From an uncultured virus (IMG/VR IMGVR_UViG_3300042673_000573) (lineage: Duplodnaviria > Heunggongvirae > Uroviricota > Caudoviricetes), in IMG/VR virus record IMGVR_UViG_3300042673_000573: DNA of 64,000 bases; one strand, given 5' to 3'. Below the pieces are notes generated by a model, which worked only from the letters and a program-made list of their open reading frames with translations, made no database searches and was not told the origin of the DNA. Shown piece after piece: positions 45,458-58,500 of the stretch. The position numbers and the translations under genes were made by a program. How positions within the stretch are numbered: the stretch's first letter is position 1; every line of letters starts with the position of its first letter.

Positions 45458-45934
45458 TTATACCAGACTCAAAGGAGTTATGGACTCAAACAGAGTTGCT
45501 GAAGGATATCTTGTTTTTGGAAAAGTTGATGCCTGGATTGCAAGCATTACGCTTGTTTTACCAGTATCTGTTACTGCTCTAAATTCGTTACCAGTAATAG
45601 ATCTTACAAACTTCCAATCTGTTTCTCCATTATATTTTAAATATATATCAAATGTTTCAATGCCATTAATATCTTTTGACCAAACTGCAGATATTGTTTT
45701 TTGTTGAATAGGGTCTAATGGAATTTGCGCTGTAAAAGAAACATTAAGACCGACTAAGATATTAGTAATAGGATCTTTTTTTAGATTTACTGGAATATTG
45801 TATATTGGAGACCAATGAGAAACTCTGTTATTGTCATCAGTAATTATTCTATATCTTACTTTGTAGGCCCCAGATGCGCCTGCAAAATTTGTTAACTGCG
45901 CTTTTGGAATTATAACTTTTTTAACTTGTGGCAT
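45458..45934 (-). CDS. minor tail protein
   Basis: Synteny; YKVRYRI...SHWSP. Confidence 0.55.
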   Translation of the reverse strand: MPQVKKVIIPKAQLTNFAGASGAYKVRYRIITDDNNRVSHWSPIYNIPVNLKKDPITNILVGLNVSFTAQIPLDPIQQKTISAVWSKDINGIETFDIYLKYNGETDWKFVRSITGNEFRAVTDTGKTSVMLAIQASTFPKTRYPSATLFESITPLSLV

Positions 45935-47046
45935 TATTGTATTCCAAGCCCAAACCTAAACTCTATATAGTTTGTTGTATTTGGCGTTTTGATAATTGGA
46001 AGAGACCCTGTATTTTTAATTACAGAATATCCAGTCATTCCATATATAGGGTTTGCTTTACTTGTATTTTCAATCCTTACCCCGTCAAAACATACATAGT
46101 GGTTCGCACTTGTAGTAGTATTTTTAATAACAGAAGCATATACTCTAACTGTATCTGTCATAGACCAAGACCAGCCAGGACTTCTTATTGCTGTGTCAAT
46201 AGAACCAGTCATAACTCTATATCTATTTGAGGAAAAAGAAGCGCTATCTGTAATCTGAACTTGTGCAGACTTTCCTGTGTTTACTCCAGTTGTACATAGA
46301 AATTCTACAATTATTTTTACTGATGTTGGATTATCTTCAAGGTCTTCTCCATTTTTGTTTATAACTGAATAAGCAACCTTGATCAAATCAGATTGAGAAT
46401 AGTTATCTAGATTAAGAGATGTGTTAGATAATTTTATATATTCTGATGTGTTGGATGGAACCCATTTTGCTGCTGCCGTTGATATTTCAGAAGAGTCTCC
46501 ACGAAGTGCAATAAAAGAATTTAAATATCGACATCTTTCGTTTCTTGTAACACGTGGCTCTGTAGAAAAAACTTTATTATCAGCATTTGTTCTAAAAACT
46601 TTAGAGGTTGTTGCAATAATATTGTCTCCATCATTGCCATCTAATGGGTCTGGAATATATGGAATTGTCGAAGAGGCTCCAGAGTACTCCCAGTTTTCAG
46701 AAAATGTATAAAGAATTTTGCTATCATATGCTCCTGCTGTGGTGTTTGATCCTGCAGAAAATACGCCAACCTCTGTAATTTCATATCTTTCTTCTGTTGG
46801 TAACTCTGCAGTAAACACAATCTTTGATACTCCATTTTCAGAAACATATCCTCTGGATGTTATTGGAACACGAAGCATTTCAAAATCTAATCTTTCTTTT
46901 TCTGCAAAAGATGCTGCATAGTCAGACAAGTTAGCAGAAGAACCAAGAGGGGTTGGTCCACAGCCAATAGCAATGTGTGACGCATAGGCAGAAGCCTGAC
47001 CAATCAAATACTTGGCTATAATGTTTTTACCGTTTGTAGTTATCAT
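45934..47046 (-). CDS. minor tail/baseplate protein
   Basis: MITTNGK...IAIG.G...ITEVGVF (baseplate-type N-terminus). Confidence 0.65.
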   Translation of the reverse strand: MITTNGKNIIAKYLIGQASAYASHIAIGCGPTPLGSSANLSDYAASFAEKERLDFEMLRVPITSRGYVSENGVSKIVFTAELPTEERYEITEVGVFSAGSNTTAGAYDSKILYTFSENWEYSGASSTIPYIPDPLDGNDGDNIIATTSKVFRTNADNKVFSTEPRVTRNERCRYLNSFIALRGDSSEISTAAAKWVPSNTSEYIKLSNTSLNLDNYSQSDLIKVAYSVINKNGEDLEDNPTSVKIIVEFLCTTGVNTGKSAQVQITDSASFSSNRYRVMTGSIDTAIRSPGWSWSMTDTVRVYASVIKNTTTSANHYVCFDGVRIENTSKANPIYGMTGYSVIKNTGSLPIIKTPNTTNYIEFRFGLGIQ

Positions 47047-47540
47047 ATCTCATCCACCTCATATATTGTACCATTATACTGACTTCCTTTTGTTTGAATG
47101 TTAACCTGCACTAACTCATTTGGCTCCATATTTATTACGTTAATAACTAAATCCCCTGTTTCTGGATCAATATATACAATTTCCTTGTTGGGTCCAGTTC
47201 CTTCTGAAGGAACGTGAGCATCTAATTTAATAGGAAAGTTATCAAAAAACTCTTTTGATGTGTCTTGTAATCCTAAGACTCTTTGTGGGCTGTACTGATA
47301 AGCAAGCATTGTTAGATTTTTGATTGGTCTATAAAGAACATCTTGGCCATTTATAATATCAGATCTTGTAATTGTAATTATTTCTTGACCACCAATATCT
47401 TCAAAGATTAGATCTGTCATTATTTCAATTGGAACAAGTTCTGAACTCTGAATAATTAAATTAGGAGTCGCAACTTTAATATCTGCTTTTGCAGCAACTG
47501 ATGATGTCGATGCTGGGACTGATGCTACTGGATCTACCAT
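47043..47540 (-). CDS. minor tail protein
   Basis: Synteny. Confidence 0.55.
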   Translation of the reverse strand: MVDPVASVPASTSSVAAKADIKVATPNLIIQSSELVPIEIMTDLIFEDIGGQEIITITRSDIINGQDVLYRPIKNLTMLAYQYSPQRVLGLQDTSKEFFDNFPIKLDAHVPSEGTGPNKEIVYIDPETGDLVINVINMEPNELVQVNIQTKGSQYNGTIYEVDEI

Positions 47541-50500
47541 TACACTACCTCGCTTAGATAAATTTCCATACTAGGTCCATCTGTGGACTTTGAATATGAA
47601 ATACTATAAACAACAAATTTCTTTCCACTGGTTCCAGAGTAATCTAAATCTCCTTCGTAATAGTCAACTTCAGCAATATCTCCAAGTTGTACTGTAGGAT
47701 TAGCAAAAATCTTTAACCCTATAGACTTTCTTGGCTTAATAATTTTACCAGTTAGCCAAGACATCAAAGCATTTGCTTCATCTTTTGATTGAATATATGG
47801 AGTGTCAAGACTAAAATCTTTTTTACCATGTGTCATTCTGCTAATCTTTATATCTTCATATTGTCTTGAAACTTTATTTGGATATGAAACCAGGGTATCT
47901 CCGCTGTATTGTGGATTTGAAAAGTCACTATTCTTTGAATAATATTCATCTACACTAAGAGACTCGTCTGTTTCCTGTGTAAATGTTACGCCCTGAATTC
48001 TTAAATAGTTTCCTGATGCAGAGTCAAGAGTAATGGCTTTATCAGTTGCATTAAAAATTATAAACTCTGCCCCATATGCTCCTGCTCTAAAGCCAGAAAC
48101 TGAGTAACCTTTTATAGAATTAAAGGTTGGAGATAGTTGAGCATAAATTGCTGGGTATGCTTTTTCATATTTAATCTTAAAGACTGAAGCCTCTCTCATG
48201 ATAGTTCCAAACTCCTCAAAATATAAATTGCTTTGAGGTGGCTCATAAGAACTAATTCCTGTTAGGTATGTTGACTGAATGATTCCACTCATTGCATATT
48301 TTCTCATGGATTCGCTAGTATTAATTTCTCCATCTTCATCAAAAACAGTTGATGCTGGAGTATTTAAAATATACTTGCTATTTTGTCCATAGTTTGCTCC
48401 GATTGCATATATGTTCTCAAACATTATACGAGAAGACCCTCTTGTAAAAAGAGCCATATTATTATAAACTGGTAAAGGATCCTTATCTATTACGCTTGCA
48501 ATAAACTGGTTATTTATATAAATATAGAACTTTCTTTCATTTCCAATGTTTTCGTACTCTATAGATATATCATATACTGTTGGAGTCTTCTCTGCTACCA
48601 TGCGGTATTGACCAGTAAACTTGCCATCATCTACAACAATGTTTGCTAATCCAGCATAGAGTTTCTCTGGTATTGCTTCTGATGTGACTGAGTCTTTCTT
48701 TACCTTGTAAAAAATAACATTATTAACATCTGGTGATTTTGTTTTATCTATAGTAGTTTTACCAAGAGCAACTAGTTCTAAAAAGTATCCATTGTTAGTA
48801 TCTGGATTAACCATTATACCAAGACCACCTGAGCCACCCACTATACTGACATCTTTGTCTGGAGTTGTTCCAGGAATCAAATAATATGATGTAGCACCAA
48901 CAGCAGTTTGTCCACGATCAGCATTGTTTTCTATCTTGCCAACGATTCTCATTCTAGTCCCAAAATGAGTAAACTTATTTGTCATTGGCTTGTATACATA
49001 AGATATAAAATCAAGAGGAGATTCTGAAGTCTTAAATGCTGGGCCAGCCATAATTAGTGCTGACGACTGGATTGTTCCAGTGCTTGTTGATTGCATGTTT
49101 GAAACATCTGCTTCTTTATAATATTGAGTTGAAAGAAAATTCTTTATTACACCATTTCTTGTTGTATTTTTTGCTAATTCAGGAGTAACTCCTGCTGCAC
49201 CAAGTGCTGTTGCAGGGGTTGTTAGTCCTGTTTGAAAAAGATACTTTGATTTCATAGTACAACCTCTTACGTTATTATTATCAGACCAATAAGGAGATAG
49301 CCCTGCAAAGTGAGAAGTGATTGCTGTATTAAATTGTCCTCTGCCGTGTTTTGCAACTGCTCCATTTTGCAAATATTCTTTTCCATTTAGTTCAATGTAG
49401 TTTGGCTCTGCATAAATTCTAACTAATCCTGTTGGGAATATTGAACCACCAAACTTTAACTTAGAAAAATAGTTTTGATATTCTTGAACACTTGTTATCC
49501 AAACATTTCCATATCCAGATACAGAGAACTCGACAGCATCAAATCTAATAACTTCTCCATTTGAATAGAAGTATCCATTGTATCTTGCAAGCCAATAAAT
49601 TCCTTCGCCAAAGTTCATAATATTATTTACAATTTTATTTCCAGATACATATGGGACAGCATCTGTAAGATTTGAGTTTAAAGGTATTGCGCTTAAAACA
49701 TAATCAGACATTTCTGATAGTTGATTATTTACTGACTTTGTTGTCTCTGTTCCAGAAACTTCCCAAAGTAATACTGGCTTATACACCCAAGTCTTTTCAT
49801 TATCAATTAAACTTGCTTGTTTGATACTTCCAAATGTTTTTTGAATATACCTTGATGTAAAATTAATTTTTCCATCATTATAAACCTGATTGTCTTCTGA
49901 TGTAACTTCAATAATATTTGATAGGGTGTCAGATGTAGAAAGGTTGCTTATTGCTTTATCTTTAACTAGATCATTTGTTCCTATAAACTTTATATCAGTT
50001 TGTCTTTGATTATTAGAAGGCATAAAGTAGTCTTTGCTCATCATAACAAAGTTATTGTATTCATCAAAGAACATTGCTGTTTGTGTTGATACCGCTATAT
50101 CCTGTAAAACTTCTGCAATGGTTTTATTTGAATTACAAAAAAAGAAAGGAATAACTGATTCAGTTTCTCCAGGCAGTCTTTTAAATACATAGTTTGAAAA
50201 ACCAATATAGTCTAGTAACATGCATACAGCAGTGCTTACTGAAACATTTGGTACAAGAAGTTCTGGAGCAGTCATTGATTCAAAATAAAAGAACATGTCT
50301 CTTAGAGATAAAGATACGGTTCTTTCAGAAATATTACTTGTTGGAAATCCTTCAGAGTACATTGTCTTCAGTGGAACAAAATAATCATATCCATCCACAT
50401 CTACTATAATGTCATAAAATTTAATTTGAATATTTCGTGTCATATACTTGCTAACAATACTTAAAGAATTATTAGGATTAAAAGCAGAATCATAATCAAA

Positions 50501-51868
50501 CAAGTTTAATGTTCCAGTTGAAGCAAGAAGTTGGCCTACTGGCAAACCACTTATACCAAGATCAGAAGCAGATTTTGCAATAGAAAAATCTAATGTCTTG
50601 TCTGAAAGGTTTACACAAAGCCTAGGAGATATTTCAATTAAATCAAAAGAAGACTGTGGAGTATTCATGCTATCAACGACTATTCTTATTCCCTTTATAT
50701 AATCAAACTCACGGTATTTGTCTGCAAGGTTTACTTGATCACGAAACTTTATTGGGTCTGTAAGGTCTGTTACAAAGTTGGTAACACGGTCTATAGTTTC
50801 TTCTTCTAACTGCCACGCATACTCTGGTTTAAAAGTAGCATACTGGCCAGTGTTGTTTGCTCCAGTTTGCCAAATATGAAAAGTACCTATATCGGTTTTT
50901 GAAGATTGGATTAAGTAGGCATAGCCATGGATATTCTTCTCTGGCAAGAATGATGCATTTGTATATGTCTCTGCAAAAATAAAAGAAGATCTATATGCGT
51001 CTGGAACCTTTAGGCCATAGGACAACTCGACATATCCATCATGTTTTATTACTGGAGTTCCGTCTCTTCTTGTTGTTCCTTCATTAAACGAATACAGGTT
51101 TGTCCAGTTACCATTCTGAAGCCCCTGGATTTTCCATCGCTTTGGAGTTTGGCTTTTAGAGTTGCCGTAGAATGGATCTGAAAATGTTGAATCATTTGAA
51201 GAGAATGTACCAAGATCAACATTGCCAACATGTGTTTGCATTTTAACGACTACTCTGTTTGCTGGAACATTTTCTTTATAAACAATAAATGGACAGGCAT
51301 CTTCAATTGGATAAGCAGCATCAACTGTAGAAGATGATATTCCGTATTCAACCCCATCCTCTGTTCTATATGAAGACCAATATTTAAACAGATCATCTTT
51401 ATGACCCATATAATATCTAGGTCTTCTTGCCATGTCAACATTCGAATGATGTAAGTATTTGCCACGTATAAATGAAGATTTATTGATTCCAGATCTTGGT
51501 CTAAACTTTGAGAAACAACTTTCTAAAGAGTAAAGCATTCCAATTTTTTCTTTTTTTGGAGACATTGTAAACGGAGCACCAAACGGTGAGACATCAGAGT
51601 ATGTAAACCCTCCATCGATTACGACATCGGCATCTGTTGCATTTGTATAATATTTTACTGCAGAAGCAGAAGTGCCAGAATCATAGGGGTCGTAGGATCC
51701 TGGTAAATTTTTATATGGAGAAGTTTCTTTCTTTGGTCTATATCTATAGTTTCCAATTCTTTCAATATTTTCTGGAATGTTCATATTCCATTCAGCAATG
51801 ATTGCAGACTGTGTTCTTATTACAGAAGACTCTTGAAGGTGTTTCTGTAGTTCGGCATTCTCAAACAT
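47540..51868 (-). CDS. large tail tip/hub (Tal-like) protein
   Basis: 1442 aa, second gene after the TMP; C-terminal NPTVQLGD. Confidence 0.7.
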   Translation of the reverse strand: MFENAELQKHLQESSVIRTQSAIIAEWNMNIPENIERIGNYRYRPKKETSPYKNLPGSYDPYDSGTSASAVKYYTNATDADVVIDGGFTYSDVSPFGAPFTMSPKKEKIGMLYSLESCFSKFRPRSGINKSSFIRGKYLHHSNVDMARRPRYYMGHKDDLFKYWSSYRTEDGVEYGISSSTVDAAYPIEDACPFIVYKENVPANRVVVKMQTHVGNVDLGTFSSNDSTFSDPFYGNSKSQTPKRWKIQGLQNGNWTNLYSFNEGTTRRDGTPVIKHDGYVELSYGLKVPDAYRSSFIFAETYTNASFLPEKNIHGYAYLIQSSKTDIGTFHIWQTGANNTGQYATFKPEYAWQLEEETIDRVTNFVTDLTDPIKFRDQVNLADKYREFDYIKGIRIVVDSMNTPQSSFDLIEISPRLCVNLSDKTLDFSIAKSASDLGISGLPVGQLLASTGTLNLFDYDSAFNPNNSLSIVSKYMTRNIQIKFYDIIVDVDGYDYFVPLKTMYSEGFPTSNISERTVSLSLRDMFFYFESMTAPELLVPNVSVSTAVCMLLDYIGFSNYVFKRLPGETESVIPFFFCNSNKTIAEVLQDIAVSTQTAMFFDEYNNFVMMSKDYFMPSNNQRQTDIKFIGTNDLVKDKAISNLSTSDTLSNIIEVTSEDNQVYNDGKINFTSRYIQKTFGSIKQASLIDNEKTWVYKPVLLWEVSGTETTKSVNNQLSEMSDYVLSAIPLNSNLTDAVPYVSGNKIVNNIMNFGEGIYWLARYNGYFYSNGEVIRFDAVEFSVSGYGNVWITSVQEYQNYFSKLKFGGSIFPTGLVRIYAEPNYIELNGKEYLQNGAVAKHGRGQFNTAITSHFAGLSPYWSDNNNVRGCTMKSKYLFQTGLTTPATALGAAGVTPELAKNTTRNGVIKNFLSTQYYKEADVSNMQSTSTGTIQSSALIMAGPAFKTSESPLDFISYVYKPMTNKFTHFGTRMRIVGKIENNADRGQTAVGATSYYLIPGTTPDKDVSIVGGSGGLGIMVNPDTNNGYFLELVALGKTTIDKTKSPDVNNVIFYKVKKDSVTSEAIPEKLYAGLANIVVDDGKFTGQYRMVAEKTPTVYDISIEYENIGNERKFYIYINNQFIASVIDKDPLPVYNNMALFTRGSSRIMFENIYAIGANYGQNSKYILNTPASTVFDEDGEINTSESMRKYAMSGIIQSTYLTGISSYEPPQSNLYFEEFGTIMREASVFKIKYEKAYPAIYAQLSPTFNSIKGYSVSGFRAGAYGAEFIIFNATDKAITLDSASGNYLRIQGVTFTQETDESLSVDEYYSKNSDFSNPQYSGDTLVSYPNKVSRQYEDIKISRMTHGKKDFSLDTPYIQSKDEANALMSWLTGKIIKPRKSIGLKIFANPTVQLGDIAEVDYYEGDLDYSGTSGKKFVVYSISYSKSTDGPSMEIYLSEVV

Positions 51869-52530
51869 TATACCTCTTCCAAAGTAAGAGATACATTCCA
51901 GTAATCAAAGTTCTTTCCACGCTTTTCTACAGTGTAAGAAAAATCTGAAAAGAACATTTCAACTAGTTGGCTGTACTGTGGTAAGTGTGCATATTTGTTT
52001 ATGCTTGGTTGACCAACATTATTAAAGTTAGAGTACTTGTCGTATGCTAAGAATACCCAGAAAGAACCCTTGTGATTTTCATACCAATCAAGCATTTCAA
52101 CCCCGCCTGCTCCAGCATCAGTTGTAAACTGTAATGGCTGATTTTTATTTCCAACTAGATCAGTAGTAGCCAAACCAGTAGTCATGTTAAAATCTGGAGA
52201 ATCTAAAAATGATCTTGAAGGAATCATATTCCAAGATGTGGAGATAGTTAGTTTATCTGCAATGTGATATGAACGTGTTCTGCCATTAATCATTCTTTCT
52301 TTCTTTTCAATTCTTGTTGTTTTAAAATCCAGAGGCCCTCTATTATCGTCTGTTAGAATTAAAAAGTTATCGTAAAGGTTTGCATCTGTTACATCTCCAT
52401 GCAAGGAGTCTACCTCTAGACCATTTGGTATATAAACTCCATTGCTTAGGGTTCCAGAATTCTCTGACCATAGCATAGCCTGTGGTCTGTTGTAGTACTT
52501 TCTACCTAGCATGTATGATGATGATGCCAT
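51868..52530 (-). CDS. distal tail (Dit-like) protein
   Basis: Immediately after the TMP; RMING..R, VSLTLEEV. Confidence 0.65.
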   Translation of the reverse strand: MASSSYMLGRKYYNRPQAMLWSENSGTLSNGVYIPNGLEVDSLHGDVTDANLYDNFLILTDDNRGPLDFKTTRIEKKERMINGRTRSYHIADKLTISTSWNMIPSRSFLDSPDFNMTTGLATTDLVGNKNQPLQFTTDAGAGGVEMLDWYENHKGSFWVFLAYDKYSNFNNVGQPSINKYAHLPQYSQLVEMFFSDFSYTVEKRGKNFDYWNVSLTLEEV

Positions 52531-55500
52531 TATAATCTATTCCCCCGAATTTTCTGTGCGTCAATGCCCTTTATCTGAGCAATAACTGTCTTTGCAATTT
52601 CATCTGGGTTTGAATCAGACTTAACATTTACATTGATACTATAATTATACACTGAATCCCCAATAGAATCTCCATTATTTATTGCCTTCATTCTATCAAC
52701 TCCATAAGAATCAACCGCATACTTGCTCATAACAAACTCACCTGGAGTAAGCATTGCTGGAACCGTATCAGTCCCCTTGGCAAATCCACCAACCGACATG
52801 TACTTTGGAACTATTCCGCCCTTAGCAAGTCCATACCAGCCAAAGTCAGTTGCAAATCGATCTGCTTTTAGTTCGGCTGCTTCTTTTGCTTTTAATAGTG
52901 CAAGGGCTTCTGCTGCTGCTTTTGCTTCTGCTTCTTCTTTTATTCTTCTTGCTGTTTCTGCAATTGCAGCATCTCTTGCATTCTTTTCCGTACCAGAGGA
53001 ATTGTCACTAAAGTCCCAATCATTGGCAGAACCAGGACCACCCTTTACCCAACCCTTAGCATTATCCCATCCATAATCTCCAGCAGGTTTTTCTGGCTTC
53101 ACGCAATTACCCTTACCATCAGATACAAGTGGTGCTGTACATACTGTTGGATTTGTAGTAGTAGTTGTAGTAGGGGCTGTAACAGTTGTTGTAGTAGCGA
53201 CTGTATTAACATATACAGTTTTATATTCTTTTGTAAATATTTCAATAGTTTTCGAAGATGGTAGAAGATTAATGTCTCTAAGAATATCTGCCATAGACTT
53301 TGCGCCCTTTGCAGTAGACTCTGCAACTGCTGCGATAGCGTCCTTCATTCTCTTTTCCATAGCCTCAGAAGTTGCTTCTGCTGCTAGAGCAATACGTTCC
53401 CAATCATCTGCTGTAAGGCCAGCAAAAGTTTCTACATCATCAAGTTCTGCATTGATGGCAATCAGTGCTGCTTCTTGTGTAGCAAGAGATGCATCTTGTT
53501 CTGCTAACGCAGTGACAATTGCTTGCTGTGCATCCATTTCTGCCTGAACTGCTTTTAGTTGTGCTTCAGTCGCTGCTTTGGCAGCAGCAATCGCTGCCTG
53601 ACGGGCAGGTTCAAGGGCATCTTGCTCTGCTTTTGCAGCCTTAAGATCTGATTCAAGTTTTGTTTTAATGTCTGCTATTTGTTGTTCTAGCAAGACTCTT
53701 TCTGGATTGTTCTCTAATGCATAAATTTGTTCTGAAATAATATACTGCTCTTCAAGAATCTGAGTTCTTGTTTTTCCATCTTTGTTTGTTAAAGCATTAA
53801 CATCATTTTCTCTTGACTGATTAAGTCCGTCCATCTGTGCATTTCCAAAATCACCAGCATTAGCAGAACGAATATCTTGAACGGCTGCTGCTGCAGCAGA
53901 AATATCTCCAGATGATAAAGCATCTGCCAAACCTAGTTGCTGTTGCTGCTCTCTTGATATTCTTTCGTTAATGGATAATACATTTTGTAATGCTTCTGCT
54001 TGAAGGTCATACTTTTTGTTTATGTCTTCTGCTGCTTTATCAATTAAAGATAGGTCATGGCTAAGAACATTTGACTTATCTTGATATTTTTTAATTGGGT
54101 CATCAAAGTCTTTCTTTATTTTATCTTCTTTTGCAGAGATAGCGGTATCTGCATCAGACTGAAGTTTATTAATTTTATCTTGTACAGCCTTTTCTCTAGC
54201 ATCATAATCGGCATTAACTGCATCAACAGCATCATTCATAGACTTACTAATATTATCAAACTTTGTTTGGATCTGTGCCATATTTGCATTAGCAACATTC
54301 ATTTGTGAGGCAACCAAAGATCTTTCTTTTCCAACACTTGCTTGGGTTTTATTTCCAAGTAAACTAGTTAATGCTTCTGGGGTGTAAGCCTTTTTCGTTG
54401 TAGGATCAATCATTCTTGATGCTACATTTGCTACAGCCTTTGCTCCAACGTTAACTCCACCGTAGGTAGTACCATCTGGCCTTGTTCCCTTTTCACTAAC
54501 ATACCCTGCAAGTTCTGACCCAGTCATTCGTGATCTTAGTCTTGATTTTATTCCAAGGGCTTCTTGAGCAGCAGATGCACCACCCATAATAATTTCTGAC
54601 ACTGTCTTTGTAATATTTACTTTAATGTCTGAATTCTTTTTAATTTCATTTAAAGAATCAACTACATCTTGTAGTGATGCATTTGCACCAGCAGTCTTAT
54701 TTTTAACTGCATCCATTGCTGCAAGTAGGGTGCTAAGTTGTTCTGGATCTCCAAGGGCATCTGTCATTGCTCCTTCTGATATTCCACGGGACAAACCAGA
54801 TGATGCTAGGAAAGCCTGAAGTTCTTGTCTTCTTGCCATATCTGCATTTTCTTGTCTTGCTCTTGCTCCTTGAGAAACTATGTTGTTAATCTTGTCTCTT
54901 GTGTCTGCTTGAACAGCAAGAGCATTGTTAATCCTTAGTTCTTCATCAGTAATCTTTCCTGTAGCAATTGCAGTTGTATATGCCTCATCACTTAATACTC
55001 TTTGGATTTGAGTATTTGTCATTCCCAGTCCTGCTAATTTTTTCATAACAATTGATTGTTGATCAAAGTTTCTAATTGTCTGAATTTGTGCTACATTGAA
55101 GTCACCAATAATTGCTTTGTCAAATCCAGCCGCAACTTCTTTACCTTTTGTATTTAGTGCAAGGTCTCCAACCTTAGCACCCTTTGCTAAGAATTTTTTA
55201 CCTTTAGGATCGTTTGGGTCAAGTACTCTGCCTTTATTCTTGCCACTCTTAACCTTTTTAGTTGCCACCTTGCCATACTTAGCCTGCTCTGTTTTGTCAA
55301 GGCCAGTAAACCAATCAATGAACTGTCCATTATAACCTTTAGTAGGATCTGTTGCCTGAGTAGGCTTGCCAGATTTCATACCCATTAGTTGTTGTTGTAT
55401 ACCGTTAAATTTATTACCAATCTGTCCACCAGAGACAGCCTTAAACAAAGCCTTGATTCCACCTTCAGCATCAATTGCTGCAAGGCGAACATTCTTAAGT

Positions 55501-58500
55501 CTTGTCATCAAGTCATCAATTGGGGTTGCTGCTCGTTCTGCTTTTTCTACAGGAGTAGTCACGCCTGGAATTACTGGGCCTTTATTTGCTGCCTTAGAAT
55601 TTCCAACATTCCATGCTTCGGCTTCACCAGTCTTAGCAATTGCTGCTCTTTGCTCTACTCCACGATCTCCAGTAAGCCTTGCTATTCCCTTTGCAGCCAT
55701 GTAAGCATCTATAACATTTGAATCACCAGAAGCAACAAAGTCCATCATCATACTTGTTGTTATTTGTTTTCCATCTGCTCCGACAAGCATATTCCAGTTT
55801 GCAAGAATGGCTTGCATTGTAGGGTCACCCGCTTTTGCAGCGTCTTGAACCTCAATTTTTGTTAATATACTTTTTGCTTTACCATCTTTAGTTTTAAAAC
55901 CATCAAGCACTTTTTTAAATGCTGCAACTTTTTTAATTTTATTAATACCATCAACATTTATATCAACAGTTGTTCCGTACTTAGCCTTCATGTTTGAAAG
56001 AATATTAATTGCTTCTGTATTTTCTTTAATATTTACTTTATTGTCTGGATGAGAGATATACGCAACAGTTGTTTGTATTGTATTATCTGTTGCTCCACCC
56101 TTCATAAGCATTTGCATAACAACATTTGCTTCTGCTGTACTACCAGTAGCAGCAACAAGCAGTTCAAAGTCTGCAACAAATGTTCCACCTGATTCAGCAA
56201 GATCTGCTAATCTTATTGCAACAAGTGGATCAATAGACCCTGCTGCAAGATCTAGTTGAAGAACAGTTTTAAAACTACTGTCTTTCATTCCTTCAAGTCT
56301 TGTTACAGAATTATCAGCAAAAGTCTTCATAGCACTTGAAGAGTCTTTATATCTTTCTCCTACTGAAAGTTTTATTGCATCATTAAAGGCATCGCCTCCA
56401 ACATTTGCTTTAGCAGCAACCAAAGAGTCTAGGTCTGCCTTGTTCTGAGCAGTAAGTAGTCCAAGATCCCTTGCTCTGTCTTTTTCAATTTGTGCTCTTT
56501 CTGCATCGGTTTTTGCCATTGCTAGTTTGATGTCGTACTGCTTATTAAGAGCATCTACAGCATTATTTCCACTCTCTACCGCAGAAATTGCCATCTGAAC
56601 TGCTGCTGAATCAAGTTTTGCTTTTTCTTGTCCTGCTTTATTCCAGTCCCAAAGAAGTTTTGCACCAACTGCAATTGTGGCAACTGCTGCTGCCCAGCCA
56701 ACTGGATTCCAGAAGTTTGTTGCTGCTGTGGCTGCAAGAACGCTTGCTGTTCCTGCTGTGGCTGCTGTGGCTGCTGCAGCACCTCCTGCAATTCCAATAC
56801 CTAGTCCAACTCCTCCTGCAACAGCCCCTGTTTTTAATAGACTTCCAGCATCTTTACCAGGTTGCTTACCCCAAAGTTCCCCTCTAGAAGTATCTCCTGT
56901 TTTTTCAAGAGCATCTGTTGCACCCTTAACTGTTCTTGCTTGAATTTCTGCAATTATTTGTAATGGATTGTTTAATAAATCTTGTCCATTGGGGCCTAGT
57001 AGTTCTGACAGTTCTCCAGTAATTACTGCTGGTATTTCATAACTACCTAGTTGTTCTCCAAGTGCAGAAGCAATACTTCTTGCTTGATCCATACTCAATA
57101 CACCTTGGCTTATTGCTGTTCCAAGTTGTAGTGCTATATTTTTTCCTATATCTGTTTGAGATGCTCCAGTTTTTGCTTGAACATTAATATCTTCTAAAAG
57201 TGCTTTTCCTGGACCAGAAGTTAAATAAGTTTGTCCAGACTTTCTTGTTTCTGCATCTACTCCCGAAGCCATGTCTGCTCTTCGTTTATTTGCAGACTCT
57301 GTAGCACTTACTGTTTTTGTTATTTTAGAAATTTCTATAAGTTTATCTGTTGTCATGGACATAGAGTTACCTAAAGCAACGCCTTCTTTTCTTGCATTGT
57401 CCATAGCCTTTCTATAAAGCCATATTGCTCCGATCACGGCTGTTAGTGCAACTCCAGCAGCAATCCAAGGATTCATAAGCATTGGAAGCATGCCTGCTAC
57501 TGCTGAGGCTGCGAATAAGCCTGTTGTAACCTTTGCGTCTGCTCCTCCCATCATGGCACCCATTGCAACTGCGCCAATCGCTCCTGCTGCAGGGCCTGCT
57601 ATCTTGCCAACTTTTTCTTGTCTTGCTGCTAAATTTAATTTGCGAGTTTGTTTATTCTCTGCCTTTTGCTTTCTTGCTGCTGCTTCTTCTTCACGCTGTT
57701 TAGTTAGTTCAGCACGACGCTCACGATCTGCCCTATTTTTTTCTTCATTGGCACGGATCTCTGCAGTTCTTGCTGCTTTTGCTTCTGCTGCTGCTTTGTC
57801 TTGTGCTGCTTTAAGACTTGCTGCTCTTGCTTTTTCTTGTAATTTTTCATGGTCACGAAGAGCCTGTGCTAACTGTGCTTCTGTTGCACCAGCCTTTTGT
57901 AGTGCAACTCTTTTTTCAATCCAGGTATCGCCCTTAGCCTTGGCTCGCATAGTTTGTCTTGGCATATCTTTCTTTGCAACAACTGAGGTTCCTGCTGGCT
58001 GATTAATAACTCTTGTATCATCTGCTGTTCCGCCAACTCTTTTTACCTTACCAGTTTTTGCTTTTCCAGAAGTTGCTTTTATTTCTTTTATTTTACCAGT
58101 TTTATTATCTCGAAGTCCTTCTCCAGGAGTAGCAAGAATAAATTCACCAGTTCTTTTGTTTAAACGTAAATCAATAAGTTGCTTATATTTTTTTATGTCA
58201 TCGTAAAAAGTCTTGCCTTTTCCAGTTCTTTCATCTATAATAAACTTTGCTGCCTCGGCTGCATATTTTGTTTCTGGGTTGATCATTCCAGACAATCCTG
58301 GTGGTGCCTTTTTAGTTTCTAGAAGTGCATGGGCTTTTAATTCTAACTCTGCTGCTTTAGAAACCAGCATTGCTTCTTGTGCTGTAATTGGATGTCTTCC
58401 AGAAGCAAGGAATTTTGCAGCAGCGTTATACTCTCCATTTTTTGTGCCTAAAAGATTTCCATTTTTCTTATCCCAGGCTATTAAATTTGATGTTCTTTTT